From Phaeosaccion multiseriatum (lineage: Eukaryota > Protista > Ochrophyta, other classes), in NCBI GenBank assembly GCA_965112735.1, contig OZ218956.1:2046001-2110000 (forward strand): a stretch of 64,000 bases of DNA, given 5' to 3'. This document shows positions 1-10,088 of this stretch, in pieces (the stretch's first letter is position 1; each line of letters begins with the position of its first letter). A program made the position numbers and the translations under genes. The notes under the pieces were generated by a model. It saw only the letters and a list, made by a program, of their open reading frames with translations, searched no databases and was not told the DNA's origin.

Positions 1-85
1 GGGAGAAATCCTAGGTAGTTACCCCCCCAAGGTTTTCGGAGGAGTTTTCGGAGGGGGGGGAAGGATCGACCTTAACTGACAGGCA

Positions 86-176
86 TGTAAGAAGGCATCC
101 TTTTGCTAGGCTGGCAGCTACCCCCGTGAATATTCAGTGGATAGCTGCCAGCCTAGCAAAAGGATGCCTTCTTACA
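86..176. repeat. 35-bp perfect inverted repeat (hairpin), TGT...ACA ends
   Basis: 86-120 TGTAAGAAGGCATCCTTTTGCTAGGCTGGCAGCTA is the exact reverse complement of 142-176; the 21-nt spacer contains the palindrome TGAATATTCA; no target-site duplication seen. Confidence 0.9.
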
Positions 177-377
177 GTGGCCGTGGAGAGAGCGTGGCCG
201 AAGGGGAGCACTATGGGCTGGGGCCTGGGCAGGGGGGGGGTGGAACTGAGTGATCGGCGTTGATGGGCTCGGTCCAGAGGGGTTGGGGGTGGCCCGTGCC
301 GTCGGCGTGGGCGAGGGCTGCTGTTGCCGGTGGAGGTGGGCGTGGTTGCGTCTGAGTCTTGTTGTCGGGGTGCGTGG

Positions 378-625
378 TGTGCTAAGCTAAGATAGTAGAA
401 ACGTTAAGGGGTTTGGACTAAGTATATGCTGCGCCTATGGTGGGGCGTCAGTGTCCGTATTGATAATATATCTCTACTACTTGCTGATGCAAAGCTTGTG
501 CCCACAAAGAGGAGGGTGCAACGCCAGAGCCGTTGATCCCCCTCGGGGCGTGCCTAGGAAACCGACATTCTTATTATACCCCAGAATGTGTGATCGGAAA
601 CCCTCAGGCAGGACAATCTACCACA
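378..625 (-). repeat. 3' LTR of the Gypsy element
   Basis: TGTGCTAAGC...CTACCACA; no differences from 5928-6175 by eye. Confidence 0.95.
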
Positions 626-715
626 CTACCCCCAAGCGACAGTTCGAGCCGACTGGGAAGTAAGTGTGTCTATCTAGTTTGTGTCCGCTTTCGTGTGCGC
701 GCGGAGCGCGGCGGC

Positions 716-3700
716 TTAGTAGCCGATCGCGTCGTAGTCTTGCGCAGATAGGCTCGGACTGCGCTGATCAACTGCTTGTCCTGGCTGATGGTGCTGCAGG
801 TAGGTCTCCAGTAAACGTGGAGTATCTTCGTGCAGCGCCTCGATGGGCTCCTCGCTATTCTCGAGGGCGTCAAAGCCACGCCACTTAACAATGACGTGCC
901 ATGAATCATCTGCGTGCTTAACGAGGCCTTCAAAGGCCGCCACCACAAAGTCTTGGGTGTTATACGAAATCTGTTGAAGTACGTCGGTAGTGACGTTAAC
1001 GTGAGCACCGCAGTAGTAGCGGAGCCGGCTGATGTGTACCTCATAGGTACGCTTCTTGCCCACAAGCTCCTCCACCTTGTACACGTGTTGCTCAAGGGCT
1101 TCAAGCACTCGGCAGGGCCCATGCCACTTGCCTAGTATCTTGCTTGTAGGCCCTACTGTTGCAACGAGTACGTAGACTCCGACCTGAAACAGCGTCTCGC
1201 TGTTGAGCTGCTTAGCTCTGGCCAAGTCCTGACGATGCTCTGCACCACGTCTGCCACTCATCAACCTCTGGTTGATGCCATCGCGCTTGTGATCGCGGAG
1301 GGTAGTCAGTTGGCGCGCCGCCTCGGCACGCTGCCCCTCCTTCCTCTGATGGAGTTGTGTCGCAAGGGTGTCTCTCTGCGCCGGGGTCAGCTGCAGTAGC
1401 CGAACCTTTTGCATTCGATCCGCGTCGTGGATCAAAATCGTGTCGAGAGGCCGCTGTGGTACGTGACCACTGTGCAGCTGGATGGGAGACAAGTTAGACC
1501 GACTGCTCTTGTTGGAGCTGTTCTCAACAGCCTCCATCACTGGCAGTAGCTGCGGCCATGTCTCGGGCGGCTGCCGTAGTTCAGACATCATTGATCTCAT
1601 GATCTTCTGCAGTGTCTGTACACCACGCTCGCCCAATCCTCGACTGTATGGGTTGTGTGCCACCACAAAGTGGTGGTTGCACCGCAAGAGCTGACTTAAC
1701 TCACGTATCACCTCATTTAGGAAATGACTGCCTCGGTCACTCTGCCACCTGGGCACTACGCCATGCTGTGCGAACCAGCGCAACAGACCGCGTGCACACA
1801 CTCGTGCAGTAGCTTCCAAACATGGCTCATACATTGACAATGATGAAAAATCATCAAAGATGCACAGCACTTGCTTGACCTGAAGCTTCATGAACCCTTC
1901 TGGGGACTCTGCCCATATGACTCCATCGCCAATCTTGACGAAGTCAAACCAGATGAGTTGCTGGGGTCCAGTGGCGTGCCATTGAGCTAGCAGGGGGCGA
2001 GGCACTCTCTCGCCCTTGCCGTTGGTGAGGCAGTGGAGACAGTTCTGAACGAGGCTGCGCACGTCCTTGTCTAGCGACTGCCAGATGAACTTCTCCTTAA
2101 GAGCACTCAGGGTGTTTGTCTCTCCCTGATGGCCCATCATACCCTGATGGCCAGTCACACACAGCCTCAGGTGCATGTCTTCCGCCTTGGCTCCCACCGA
2201 GGGAATCCAAATGCGGGTGCTGTCAGCGGGGTTGCTCGTCGGATGGCACGCTCGAATCAACCCGTCGTCGCCAACTGATGAGAGGAGCAGGCGGCGCCCG
2301 TTCTCTCCCACCTCCTTGCTAGCCTGCTGGAGCTCCTGAAGAGCGTCGGCCTGCAGACTGGCAATCTCAGTTGTGGAGGGCCAAGTGAAGTCGTCACACA
2401 TAGTGTCAAACACTTGCATGGGCCCAAACTTGCCCAAGGCGAGCACACTAGGGGTGAGGCTCACCGGGTGCGTGTACCGCCTGCTAATGGGGTCGGCCCA
2501 ATCATGGAGATGACCAGGGAAGTGGACAATGACATAGTCAAAGCTCTGAAGGCGCACGGCCTGACGCTGCAGCCTGTCCCTCATAGGCTTAGTCATGCCA
2601 GGGTACTTGCTGTCGTTGCTCATCATGAACGCCAAGTTGCGATGGTCGCAAAAGATGTGCACTTTCTGTGCCCCGACCAAAGCGTACTCGTTCTGGATCA
2701 AGCCTCGGAGTGTCGCGTCTCCTTCCTTGTCGATGGTGGCACGCCTCAGCTCTGCGCCTTCAAAGGCGCCTGAGCCGAAGGCCACCGGGATGTGGTTCAT
2801 CTTATGTACCGGAAGGCACAGCTCTTTGGGGTCTATGTATGTAATCATACATCCCCAGTAGAGGTCACTAGCATCTGGGAAAACCAGTGCCAGTTTGGTT
2901 GGGTCTGGGTGCGACAGCACCGTGTTCTGTGCAAGAACGCGCTTGATCTGGAAGAAAGCGTCGTCGTGCTCTGTGTCCCACCCCACAGAAGCCAATGGAA
3001 TCGTCTTGGCCACTGCCTTGGAGCGCTTGTGCTGATGAGGCTTAGCGTTAGCCTGCCCGAGGGCTTTGTTCAACAGCGCGTTCAAAGGACCCACTAGCTT
3101 AGCGAAGTCCTTGATGTATCGATGAAACCACTGCAGGCTGCAGAGGAAAGTCATCAAATCTCCAGCCGTCTCTGGGGCCGCGAGACTGGTCAGGCCCTGC
3201 ACTCTGGCGGGGTCATGTCGTGTGCCGCGTCGGTCGTGCACGCGGCCAAGGAACTTGAGCTCGCTACCGAAACGGAACGAGTTCAATCCTATCTTGATGT
3301 TGGCACTGTGGAGGCGCTTCATCGTCAATCGAGTGGGACTCACCATCTCCTCTCCCACCTTTGCCCAGTACGCTACATTGTCAATGTAGACGGCGTAGGT
3401 CTTGCACAACTCTTTGCGAAAGAGGTGGGTCATCTGGCCTTGGACGTAAGCGCCCGAGTTCTTAGCCCCCTGGGGTACTCGAGTTGGCGTCACTTTGCCA
3501 TTTGGGAATATATAGGTGTGAGCAACTTGGCTCAACTTGCCTAGTGGGAACTGCCAATACATGTCAACCCCATCTATCTCGATGAACCATAGGCAACCCA
3601 ACATGGAGGCTACGGCGTCTTCAATGTTCATCATCCCAAAATCGACCTTCTGTACCTTTTCATTGACTTCGCGAAAGTCGCAGACGATACGGTACTTGCC

Positions 3701-5860
3701 TGGCTTGCCGGGTTTGCCCACTGCAAACGCCGGGCTGCCATGAGCGCTCTGCGGGTTGCTATAACCCAGGCCTTTGTCTATCAACTTGTTGCAAAAGTCA
3801 TTTACAAAAGCACCCTTTGCGCCTTGTTGCCTTATGGGGAGACGGGAGCTCGGTACCTTATTGGTAAACGTCACCTCCATTGGCTCTACGTTAGCGGGGC
3901 CGTCGCTAAAGAGCAACTCTTCCCGCCACACGTCGAACTCTAAGAGAGCTTCCATCATTGGCTCTCTCAGCTCCGCAGGGAAATCATGATCAGTGATTGC
4001 TTTGTCCACAATGGGACCTAGCACCTCTCTACGGCGTGCCTCAGAAGGGGGAACTCCCTCTGATGGCCCTTGAATAGTATCCGGTACACCTTCACACTCT
4101 TCACGGTCTTTACTATTAAGCGGTTGGCCGCCAATGGCGCTAACCTCTGGTGCCTCTGCACTGGCGACAGGAGGGGGGCTCTCGGCCGCAACCTCCTGCG
4201 CTCCTACCCCCAATACTTGCACGGGGAAGTTGCTTGCCTCAAAATCAGCATAGTCTTGGATGGTCTCAACGCCCATAGAACACACGCTCTTCTCAACACT
4301 CTGCTGCTTAGTCGGGGCAGCCCCTGTCGCAGGGGAAGCGTCGTCACGCTCCCTCTGCAGGGTCTCCTCCGACCGTTTCTCGTGCACTCTGTGCAACTGC
4401 TCAGTCAAAGACTCCAAGCCCAGTGCCTTATGCAAAGGCCGGCCCAGAATCAGTCTGCTGCCCAAGCTCTCAAGAACCAATATGGATCTGAACTCCTTGT
4501 CCAGCTGCGCTGTACTCACGCTTCCATGACTCAGCTCTATCTCAAGGTGACTGCCGCACAACACTTCGTTGGCAGTCACAGGTCCAGCAGCAGTGACGCA
4601 CTCCGAAGGCTCACAGGCCTCTAGTACGCCACCACCCTTTCCGACCCACGTGCGAGCCAGGTCACCACCCATGACCATACCCACATCGCATCCGCTGTCA
4701 AACAGGGCTTGCGCCGACATCCGCACCTCCGGAGTCGTGTCATTCACGAGAACCACGCTCATGCGGTCTCCCGTGAGGTCCATAGCAACTGGCCCTGGCA
4801 AAGAAACACCTGCCGCAGCCGAAGAAGATGAGACGGACGTCACCCCCGGTTTCTTCGCCTCAGCCTTCCTCTGCTCCCATGCCTTCTGTTTCTCTGCCTT
4901 GATGCGTTTCTTGTCTTCGGCAGTGGTTGTAGGGCAGTCGTCAATCCGATGCGGCTTGTCGCAGGCCCAGCACTTCGGAGTACGGGCCTTCTTCAATGGG
5001 TTGCTGGCTGTCTCTTTGCCCGCTGCTGTCTCCTTCGAGGAGGTCTCTGCACCCGTACGCTTTGGCTGCTGCTCCTGCTGCCACTTGCGCTTGCCGCCTG
5101 CACCTTTGCCTTGCCCACCACCGCCTCCCCCGCCGCCTCCAGATGCCCCTTGGTCACCCTTGAGTCCGGGAAGGAAATGTTCGGCCTTACCGCCGATACG
5201 CCGTGCTGCCGCTCTCATGGTGGCCCACTGGCACAAGTGTCTGACGAATTTCTCCATCCACTCCCCGTGATGCTCTCCCCAGTCCTTCTGTCCATCTTTG
5301 AACGCGTCCACCAGCATCTTCTCCATGCATGGGTCATAATTCTTGATGATGGTGAGTAAGCCTCGCTGCATCCCTTTGGCAGCGTGCTTTCCGTTCGGAC
5401 CAAGGAAATTCGTATCGGTGGGGTTCAAGTTCAGGTACTCCTTCCTTGCTGCTGACTCGTGGATCATGCGAAGGTATTGCTGGCACATGTACTGAAGATT
5501 GTGCTTGAATTGGAGAGGGTCCGGATCATACACGAGTACCGTCTTCCTGATTATCTCGTTGAGAGTGGCATTTCCGTTGACGTCCTCCCTGCGATTCTTC
5601 TTCAACCACCTCTCCAAGTAATCCCGTACCATCTTGGACGTTAGCTGAGCCTCCGACACTTTATTGGCGATGGCTATTCCAAAACGATGTGCTGGTTCGA
5701 TGAGCTGCACCATGCTGGGGATATCCAGCGGCTTGTCCCTATCCCTGAGCGCGGACTGATCGTACTGCAGTAAGAACTCGCTGACGACTTCCGCAGATAG
5801 AGGCGTCCGTATCTCCGGATAATGGGTTGGGTCCCTCATGATGATGCCTTGAACCGCCAT
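716..5860 (-). CDS. Gag-Pol polyprotein (zinc knuckle, aspartic protease, RT, RNase H, integrase, chromodomain), 1714 aa
   Basis: CWACDKPHRIDDC knuckle; LFDSGC protease; RT motifs YRIVCDFREVN, IDGVDMYWQ, PQGAKNS, YIDN, FLG; RNase H PDASD, DHRNL, ADPISR; integrase H-H-C-C plus D(FDF), D(SDRG), E(GERG); C-terminal VKWRGFDALENSEEP chromodomain. Confidence 0.95.
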   Translation of the reverse strand: MAVQGIIMRDPTHYPEIRTPLSAEVVSEFLLQYDQSALRDRDKPLDIPSMVQLIEPAHRFGIAIANKVSEAQLTSKMVRDYLERWLKKNRREDVNGNATLNEIIRKTVLVYDPDPLQFKHNLQYMCQQYLRMIHESAARKEYLNLNPTDTNFLGPNGKHAAKGMQRGLLTIIKNYDPCMEKMLVDAFKDGQKDWGEHHGEWMEKFVRHLCQWATMRAAARRIGGKAEHFLPGLKGDQGASGGGGGGGGGQGKGAGGKRKWQQEQQPKRTGAETSSKETAAGKETASNPLKKARTPKCWACDKPHRIDDCPTTTAEDKKRIKAEKQKAWEQRKAEAKKPGVTSVSSSSAAAGVSLPGPVAMDLTGDRMSVVLVNDTTPEVRMSAQALFDSGCDVGMVMGGDLARTWVGKGGGVLEACEPSECVTAAGPVTANEVLCGSHLEIELSHGSVSTAQLDKEFRSILVLESLGSRLILGRPLHKALGLESLTEQLHRVHEKRSEETLQRERDDASPATGAAPTKQQSVEKSVCSMGVETIQDYADFEASNFPVQVLGVGAQEVAAESPPPVASAEAPEVSAIGGQPLNSKDREECEGVPDTIQGPSEGVPPSEARRREVLGPIVDKAITDHDFPAELREPMMEALLEFDVWREELLFSDGPANVEPMEVTFTNKVPSSRLPIRQQGAKGAFVNDFCNKLIDKGLGYSNPQSAHGSPAFAVGKPGKPGKYRIVCDFREVNEKVQKVDFGMMNIEDAVASMLGCLWFIEIDGVDMYWQFPLGKLSQVAHTYIFPNGKVTPTRVPQGAKNSGAYVQGQMTHLFRKELCKTYAVYIDNVAYWAKVGEEMVSPTRLTMKRLHSANIKIGLNSFRFGSELKFLGRVHDRRGTRHDPARVQGLTSLAAPETAGDLMTFLCSLQWFHRYIKDFAKLVGPLNALLNKALGQANAKPHQHKRSKAVAKTIPLASVGWDTEHDDAFFQIKRVLAQNTVLSHPDPTKLALVFPDASDLYWGCMITYIDPKELCLPVHKMNHIPVAFGSGAFEGAELRRATIDKEGDATLRGLIQNEYALVGAQKVHIFCDHRNLAFMMSNDSKYPGMTKPMRDRLQRQAVRLQSFDYVIVHFPGHLHDWADPISRRYTHPVSLTPSVLALGKFGPMQVFDTMCDDFTWPSTTEIASLQADALQELQQASKEVGENGRRLLLSSVGDDGLIRACHPTSNPADSTRIWIPSVGAKAEDMHLRLCVTGHQGMMGHQGETNTLSALKEKFIWQSLDKDVRSLVQNCLHCLTNGKGERVPRPLLAQWHATGPQQLIWFDFVKIGDGVIWAESPEGFMKLQVKQVLCIFDDFSSLSMYEPCLEATARVCARGLLRWFAQHGVVPRWQSDRGSHFLNEVIRELSQLLRCNHHFVVAHNPYSRGLGERGVQTLQKIMRSMMSELRQPPETWPQLLPVMEAVENSSNKSSRSNLSPIQLHSGHVPQRPLDTILIHDADRMQKVRLLQLTPAQRDTLATQLHQRKEGQRAEAARQLTTLRDHKRDGINQRLMSGRRGAEHRQDLARAKQLNSETLFQVGVYVLVATVGPTSKILGKWHGPCRVLEALEQHVYKVEELVGKKRTYEVHISRLRYYCGAHVNVTTDVLQQISYNTQDFVVAAFEGLVKHADDSWHVIVKWRGFDALENSEEPIEALHEDTPRLLETYLQHHQPGQAVDQRSPSLSAQDYDAIGY

Positions 5861-5927
5861 GATGTCGCTCCTCCAATCGGTCCGAGAAAATCCTTCTCCA
5901 AAGCCTTTCTAAAGCGAGAACTAGTTC

Positions 5928-6175
5928 TGTGCTAAGCTAAGATAGTAGAAACGTTAAGGGGTTTGGACTAAGTATATGCTGCGCCTATGGTGGGGCGTCA
6001 GTGTCCGTATTGATAATATATCTCTACTACTTGCTGATGCAAAGCTTGTGCCCACAAAGAGGAGGGTGCAACGCCAGAGCCGTTGATCCCCCTCGGGGCG
6101 TGCCTAGGAAACCGACATTCTTATTATACCCCAGAATGTGTGATCGGAAACCCTCAGGCAGGACAATCTACCACA
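5928..6175 (-). repeat. 5' LTR of the Gypsy element
   Basis: Identical to 378-625; lies 67 nt upstream of the gag-pol ATG. Confidence 0.95.
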
Positions 6176-6586
6176 GTGGTCGTCCACTGGTGCTCGGTGT
6201 CTGAGCCTGCCGGAGGGCAGGACAGGGGGGGGGTTGGCCTCCCCTTGCTGGTGCGCAGGGGGTGAAGAACGGCTCCTTGGCGTGTTTCGTCGAGCCGTGG
6301 CTGTTGTAGAGGCTGAGCGTGTACGTGAACGGGGCGGGGGGGAATCTTCCGGTTGGCGGGAAGGGGTGCCTGTGCCGTTGCGATTTATTTCACTCGCCTC
6401 CGCTGCTGTGACAGAGCGGGTCCTGGGTCTTGATGATGATGTAGCGCCTGTGGTGCGGTTCCGGGCTGGTGGGGCCGACCCTCCTCCTGGGTCGGCCATA
6501 GAAGAGACGAGGGTTGTGGGGAGGGTGTGGAGGGGAGAGCAGTTGGTGATCCAATTTTTTTTTCTAAACTATTTTGCTATTTTGTC

Positions 6587-9031
6587 CTATTTTACTTCGA
6601 GCACCACACGGCCCTCGTCGCTGTCCTGCCCTGTGGCGTGGAGTCCGAGCTCTTCGTTGAGGTACGCCAGCACCGCGGGTTTGAGCACGCTGACGCCGTC
6701 CACGCTGCCGCGGCCTCGCCCGGTGATGACAGTGATCTGTCCCTGCACCCTCTCCACTTGGAGAGCGTATCGAAGGGCGGCCTTGGCGGTCCACTCCGAG
6801 TGCTCGTGCAAGTCCATCACCTTGCCTTCGTTGCCCTTCTCCCAATGCGACAAAACACTCTCTGCGACGGCCTCTGCGTACAAGCCGTCAGCCGAGCTCC
6901 ATTGCTCGTGCACGGACAGGACGTCGACCGTGGTGCTGTAGATTACTTCATCAGGTTTCACGCCTTCCCTCCGCATCTCCTCCAGCAAGGCAAGCGCCTT
7001 CTCGTACTGCCCTGCCTTGCCACAAGCACTAATCGCAGAGTTGTAAGAAATTACACCGGGCTCAACCCCTTCCCTCCGCATCTCCTTCAGCAAGTCAAGT
7101 GCCTTCTCAAACTGCCCTGCCTTGCCATAAGCATCAATCGCACAGCTGTACGAGATTTCATTGGGTTCAAGCTCTTCCCTCCGCATCTCCTCCAGCAAGT
7201 CAAGCGCCTTCTCGTACTGCCCTGCCTTGCCACAAGCACTAATCGCAGAGTTGTAAGAAAATACACCGGGCTCAACCCCTTCCCTCCGCATCTCCTCCAG
7301 CAAGTCAAGCGCCTGCTCGTACTGCCCTGCCTTAGCACAAGCATCAATCGCAGAGTTGTACGAAATTACACCGGGCTCAACCCCGTCCTTCCGCATCTCC
7401 TTCAGCAAGTCCAGTGCCTTCTTGTACTGCTCTGCCTTACCACAAGCACTAATCGCACAGCTGTACGAAAATACATTGGGTTGAACACCTTCCCTCCGCA
7501 TCTCCTCCAGCAAGTCCAGTGCCCTCTCGTGCTCTCCTGCCTTGGCGCAAGCATCAAGCGCAGAGTTGTAAGACCATTCATCGGGTTGAATCCCTTCCCT
7601 CCGCATCTCCTTCAGCAAGTCAAGCGCCTTGTCGTACCGTGCTGCCTTACCACAGGCACTAATCGCAGAGCTGTACGAAATTACATTGGGTTGAATACCT
7701 TCTCCCCGCATTTCCTTCAGCAAGTCCAGCGCCTTCTCGTGCTCTCCTGCCTTGCCGCAAGAAGAAATCGCAGAGTTGTACGAAAATTCACCGGGTTCAA
7801 CCCCTTCTCTCCGCATCTCCTTCAGCAGGTCAAGCGCCTTCTCGTACTGCCCTGCGTTGCCACAAGCACTAATCGCAGAGGAGTACGAAATGTTATTGGG
7901 TTGCAGACCTTCCCTCCTCATCTCCTCCAGCAGGTCAAGCGCCTTCTCGTACTGCCCTGCCTTAGCGCAAGCATCAATCGCAGAGCTGTACGAAATTACA
8001 CCGGGCTCAGCCCCTTCCTTCCGCATCTCCTTCAGCAAGTCAAGTGCCTTCTCGTACTGCCCTGCCTTGCCACAAGCACTAATCGCAGAGCTGTACGAAA
8101 CTACGTTGGGTGGAAGGCCTTCCCTCCGCATCTCCTTCAGCAAGTCAAGCGCCTTCTCGTACATCCCTGCCTTGGCACACGCAGAAATCGCAGAGCTATA
8201 GGAGAATTCATCGGGCTGCAGCCCTTCCCTGCGCATCTCCTGCAGCAAGTCAAGCGCCTTCTCGTACTGCCCTGCTTTGGCACAAACAGCAATCCCAGAG
8301 TTGTAAGAGAATTCATTGGGTCTGAGCCCCTCCCTCCGTATATCCACCAGCAAGTCAAGCGCCTTCTCGTGTTGCCCTGCCTTGCCACAGGCACTAATCG
8401 CACAGCTGTACGTGATGATATCGGGTTGAGGTCCTTCCCTCCGCATCTCCTCCAGCAGCTCCAGCGCCTTCTCGTACTGCCCTGCCTTGCCACAAGCACT
8501 AATCGCAGAATTGTATGTGATAACATCGGGTTGGAGGCCGCTCGTTGCCTTCATCTCATCAAGCAGGGCGAGGGCACCCTTCCATCGCCCAGCTTTGCCC
8601 ACAGCAGTAATGGAAGCATTAAACAAAGTGACATTCATTCTAAGCCCTTTTGCTTTCGCCTCCTCAATCGCTCTCGCAACCCCCCTCCAGTCGCGCTTTT
8701 TTCCAAGTCTCTGGATCTCTGTGTTCAGCCTAATTTGCCTAATTTGCTGGTCTTGTTCTGTAAGTCCACTACCTCGTCCCTGCTGCGTCCCTCCCGTAAA
8801 AACCCTGGTTCCAATGAGGCGGAGCGAGTGGTTTCTCACAGGAGTGTGCGCAGATGAAGAGGTGCAGAGAGCCGAGACCCGTCTCCTCCACGAGCGTGTG
8901 GGAGCACCATCTCCACCATCATCATAATTACCTCCTTCTCCTCCTCCAATGAGACGATGGCGGCGCACTGCGGCTTCTCCTCCTCCTGACCTCCTCCGAG
9001 CACGACATCGTCTGGTTGCCCGCACGAACAT
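6587..9031 (-). CDS. Intronless PPR-SMR protein (about 18 P-type PPR motifs plus C-terminal SMR domain)
   Basis: 35-aa repeats of the form VISYNSAISACGKAGQYEKALDLLEEMRREGxxPD; C-terminal MDLHEHS...VITGRGRGS...LKPAVLAYL...GRVV matches the Smr pattern; Arg-rich N-terminus may be an organellar presequence. Confidence 0.92.
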   Translation of the reverse strand: MFVRATRRCRARRRSGGGEAAVRRHRLIGGGEGGNYDDGGDGAPTRSWRRRVSALCTSSSAHTPVRNHSLRLIGTRVFTGGTQQGRGSGLTEQDQQIRQIRLNTEIQRLGKKRDWRGVARAIEEAKAKGLRMNVTLFNASITAVGKAGRWKGALALLDEMKATSGLQPDVITYNSAISACGKAGQYEKALELLEEMRREGPQPDIITYSCAISACGKAGQHEKALDLLVDIRREGLRPNEFSYNSGIAVCAKAGQYEKALDLLQEMRREGLQPDEFSYSSAISACAKAGMYEKALDLLKEMRREGLPPNVVSYSSAISACGKAGQYEKALDLLKEMRKEGAEPGVISYSSAIDACAKAGQYEKALDLLEEMRREGLQPNNISYSSAISACGNAGQYEKALDLLKEMRREGVEPGEFSYNSAISSCGKAGEHEKALDLLKEMRGEGIQPNVISYSSAISACGKAARYDKALDLLKEMRREGIQPDEWSYNSALDACAKAGEHERALDLLEEMRREGVQPNVFSYSCAISACGKAEQYKKALDLLKEMRKDGVEPGVISYNSAIDACAKAGQYEQALDLLEEMRREGVEPGVFSYNSAISACGKAGQYEKALDLLEEMRREELEPNEISYSCAIDAYGKAGQFEKALDLLKEMRREGVEPGVISYNSAISACGKAGQYEKALALLEEMRREGVKPDEVIYSTTVDVLSVHEQWSSADGLYAEAVAESVLSHWEKGNEGKVMDLHEHSEWTAKAALRYALQVERVQGQITVITGRGRGSVDGVSVLKPAVLAYLNEELGLHATGQDSDEGRVVLEVK

Positions 9032-9094
9032 GGAAAAAGTGGGCTGTCTCTCTCTCTCGGATGAGGGGGAAACTGAAACTGGGACTTAATTCAT

Positions 9095-9936
9095 TGAACA
9101 CCTACGGCTTGGGGGGGGGGGGGGGGCTCTACGCCGCTAGGCCGCTCGGGGGGGGCCTTAGGCCGATCTAGGCCTAGACCGACGGCCTCCGGCCGCTCTA
9201 GGCCGCTCACTTTCAGTCTTAGGCGGCCTCTAGCCCGCCTCTAGGCAGCCTCCCCGTGACCGCGGGCGCGTGCGTGGCGCCGCCCAGCCCCAGTGGCAAC
9301 AGCACACCTGTAGACATGCACTCCTCGCGGAAAGAGAGAACACGGCCCGTGCACGCTGCGTACATGATCCGGGCTGGACGGCTTCACAGCCCTGCAGGGC
9401 ACGACGATGAGTTGCTTTCGTGGTGTGGTCTCTCGGCACTCAAGTCATCGGCCTGCTACGAGCAGGTTAGGCAATCAGTACATGTCAAGATTATTGGAGA
9501 GGGATCCGATCGAGCGGCGAGCTTGTACCACTCGTGAGATGGGGAGGTGTAGAGGGGTTAGGGATCTCGTGATGTGGCGCTCGGAGCAGCACCCAGCCAG
9601 AGGTGGTGGGCCTGGGGTTCATGGGGTGGAGGAAGGGAGGGCGAAGCGAGCTCGGCAGGGAGAGGCAGAAGAGTGAGAAGACAAAGAAGATACACACACA
9701 CATATATATATATACATATATATATATGAGCACGTGTAGTACTGTCGTTTGACTTCAATACTCTGTGAGACATTTGGGCTGGCTCCGAGCCAGCCCAGGG
9801 GCAAATCCCGCCCCTCGCCTACGGCTAGGCCGCCGCCCTAGGCCGCCTAGGGGGCGGCCTGGAAATAGGCCGAGGATCTACGGCCCTCTCAAGGCCACAC
9901 AATCTTCCAAAATCGGCCTAGGCCGCTGGGTGTGCA
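9095..9936. mobile_element. Probable degenerate non-autonomous DNA transposon with (C)TAGGCC(G) subterminal repeats
   Basis: Clusters of CTAGGCCG at both ends (9130-9245, 9815-9925); imperfect terminal inversion TGAACACCTACGGC vs GCCGCTGGGTGTGCA; same motif vocabulary as the 41292-42988 element; no clear TSD. Confidence 0.45.
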
Positions 9937-10088
9937 TGGGGCTGTCTCTTGAGAGGCCTTGTCGTGCTAGCCATACCATTGTATGGCGCGGAAATCAATG
10001 CAGGCCGACATGAAACCAACCACCCACGCCTTCCGCCTCTGTGCATCTGACTCTGAAGTCCAAAGCCTTTCTGATTCTTGAAGCGCCA

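Larger units (their letters stand above)
378..6175 (-). mobile_element. Full-length Ty3/Gypsy (chromovirus-type) LTR retrotransposon
   Basis: Two identical 248-bp TG...CA LTRs (378-625, 5928-6175); 4-bp TSD GTGG (374-377 and 6176-6179); purine-rich tract GGGGGTAG next to the 3' LTR on the minus strand; single gag-pol ORF in PR-RT-RH-IN-chromodomain order. Confidence 0.97.

Noticed and set aside
451-663. Duplicated 67-70 aa ORFs (also 6001-6204)
   Set aside because: They lie inside the LTRs on the antisense strand, start at GTG and have no recognisable motif
6527-8857. 776-aa plus-strand ORF with 35-aa periodicity (also 13209-14243 and 10041-10799)
   Set aside because: Antisense shadow of the PPR repeats; a stop-free unit repeated in tandem stays open
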